Source of the DNA: Lama glama
Lineage: Eukaryota
NCBI GenBank assembly: GCA_028534125.1
Contig: CM052818.1
Coordinates: 26,538,001-26,602,000 of the forward strand
DNA: 64,000 nucleotides
Direction: 5' to 3'
A program made the translations under genes and the position numbers. Positions 63,404-64,000 of the stretch are shown piece by piece (within the stretch, counting starts at the first letter, position 1; each line of letters opens with the position of its first letter). The notes below the pieces were generated by a model. It was not told the origin of the DNA, made no database searches, and saw nothing but the letters and a program-made list of their open reading frames with translations.

Positions 63404-64000
63404 GAAGCACTTTCTACCACCGAGACAAGGGCAAGAACATGGTGAGGAACTCTTTCTGCAGCACCGCCTCCCATCTAAAGCTGAGGGTCAAAACTAGAGC
63501 TGATGATTTCTAAGGCGTTTTTTCAACTCTAAAACATTTGAATTCTACTCTCTTGTTCCTAGCCCCTGAATAGCAATCCCAGCTCAGACACCACCCGTTC
63601 TGGAGATATATGACCTGGCTGGCGCTCATACATGGGCCTGATAACATTTATGGCCCTTTGAGGAGTGATATAAGAAACATCTTTCTGATCACAGTGCCTT
63701 GAACTTTTTGATTTTGAGACTACTGGACTGAAACATGCACTTTGAGTTAGCAAACCCTTCCTTCTGCCACCCCTGATCTTTATCAGCTCTACAATCTTTC
63801 TGGCCTCAGGCAGTGTCTGGACAACATCTCATCCATGACTGCCAGCCTCCTGTAGCAGAGAAGTTTATCTTTCTTGGTCAATGTCTGAGTATTCTCAATT
63901 TTTCTTGGTTTCTCAGGTGCTGTCATCTCTGTTTTCTGCTCAGGTGAAGATTAACCAGTTTTAGGTATCCAAAGATGCTCTTCCCTTGAATGTAACTTTC

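Noticed and set aside
1..64000. CRISPR array, operon or other prokaryote-type system
   Set aside because: The DNA is eukaryotic and repeat-rich, with no repeat-spacer array and no gene-dense region.

Overview
Mammalian genomic DNA (AT-rich, CpG-depleted), probably from a camelid, judged from three short tRNA-derived SINEs of Vic-1 type and short camelid-like L1 3' ends. I found no protein-coding exon, RNA gene, CpG island or CRISPR array. The recognisable ORFs are decayed LINE-1 pieces and the rest look like chance frames. The window looks intronic or intergenic, with layered retrotransposons (L1, L2, MIR, MaLR/ERV LTRs), MITE-like DNA transposons and several repeat-free islands that may be regulatory. 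The most notable items are: (1) a ~680-bp 3'UTR-only processed retrocopy, resembling G3BP2 from memory, with a 24-bp target-site duplication (TSD) inside an MLT1J-like LTR; (2) an ancient L1 with an apparently inverted internal ORF2 segment; (3) a young solo ERV LTR with a perfect TSD nested in an MLT1 LTR; and (4) a candidate SoxE-dimer enhancer. I did not find a convincing novel biological system. Repeat family names come from recalled consensus sequences, not a database search. Boundaries without a TSD are approximate.
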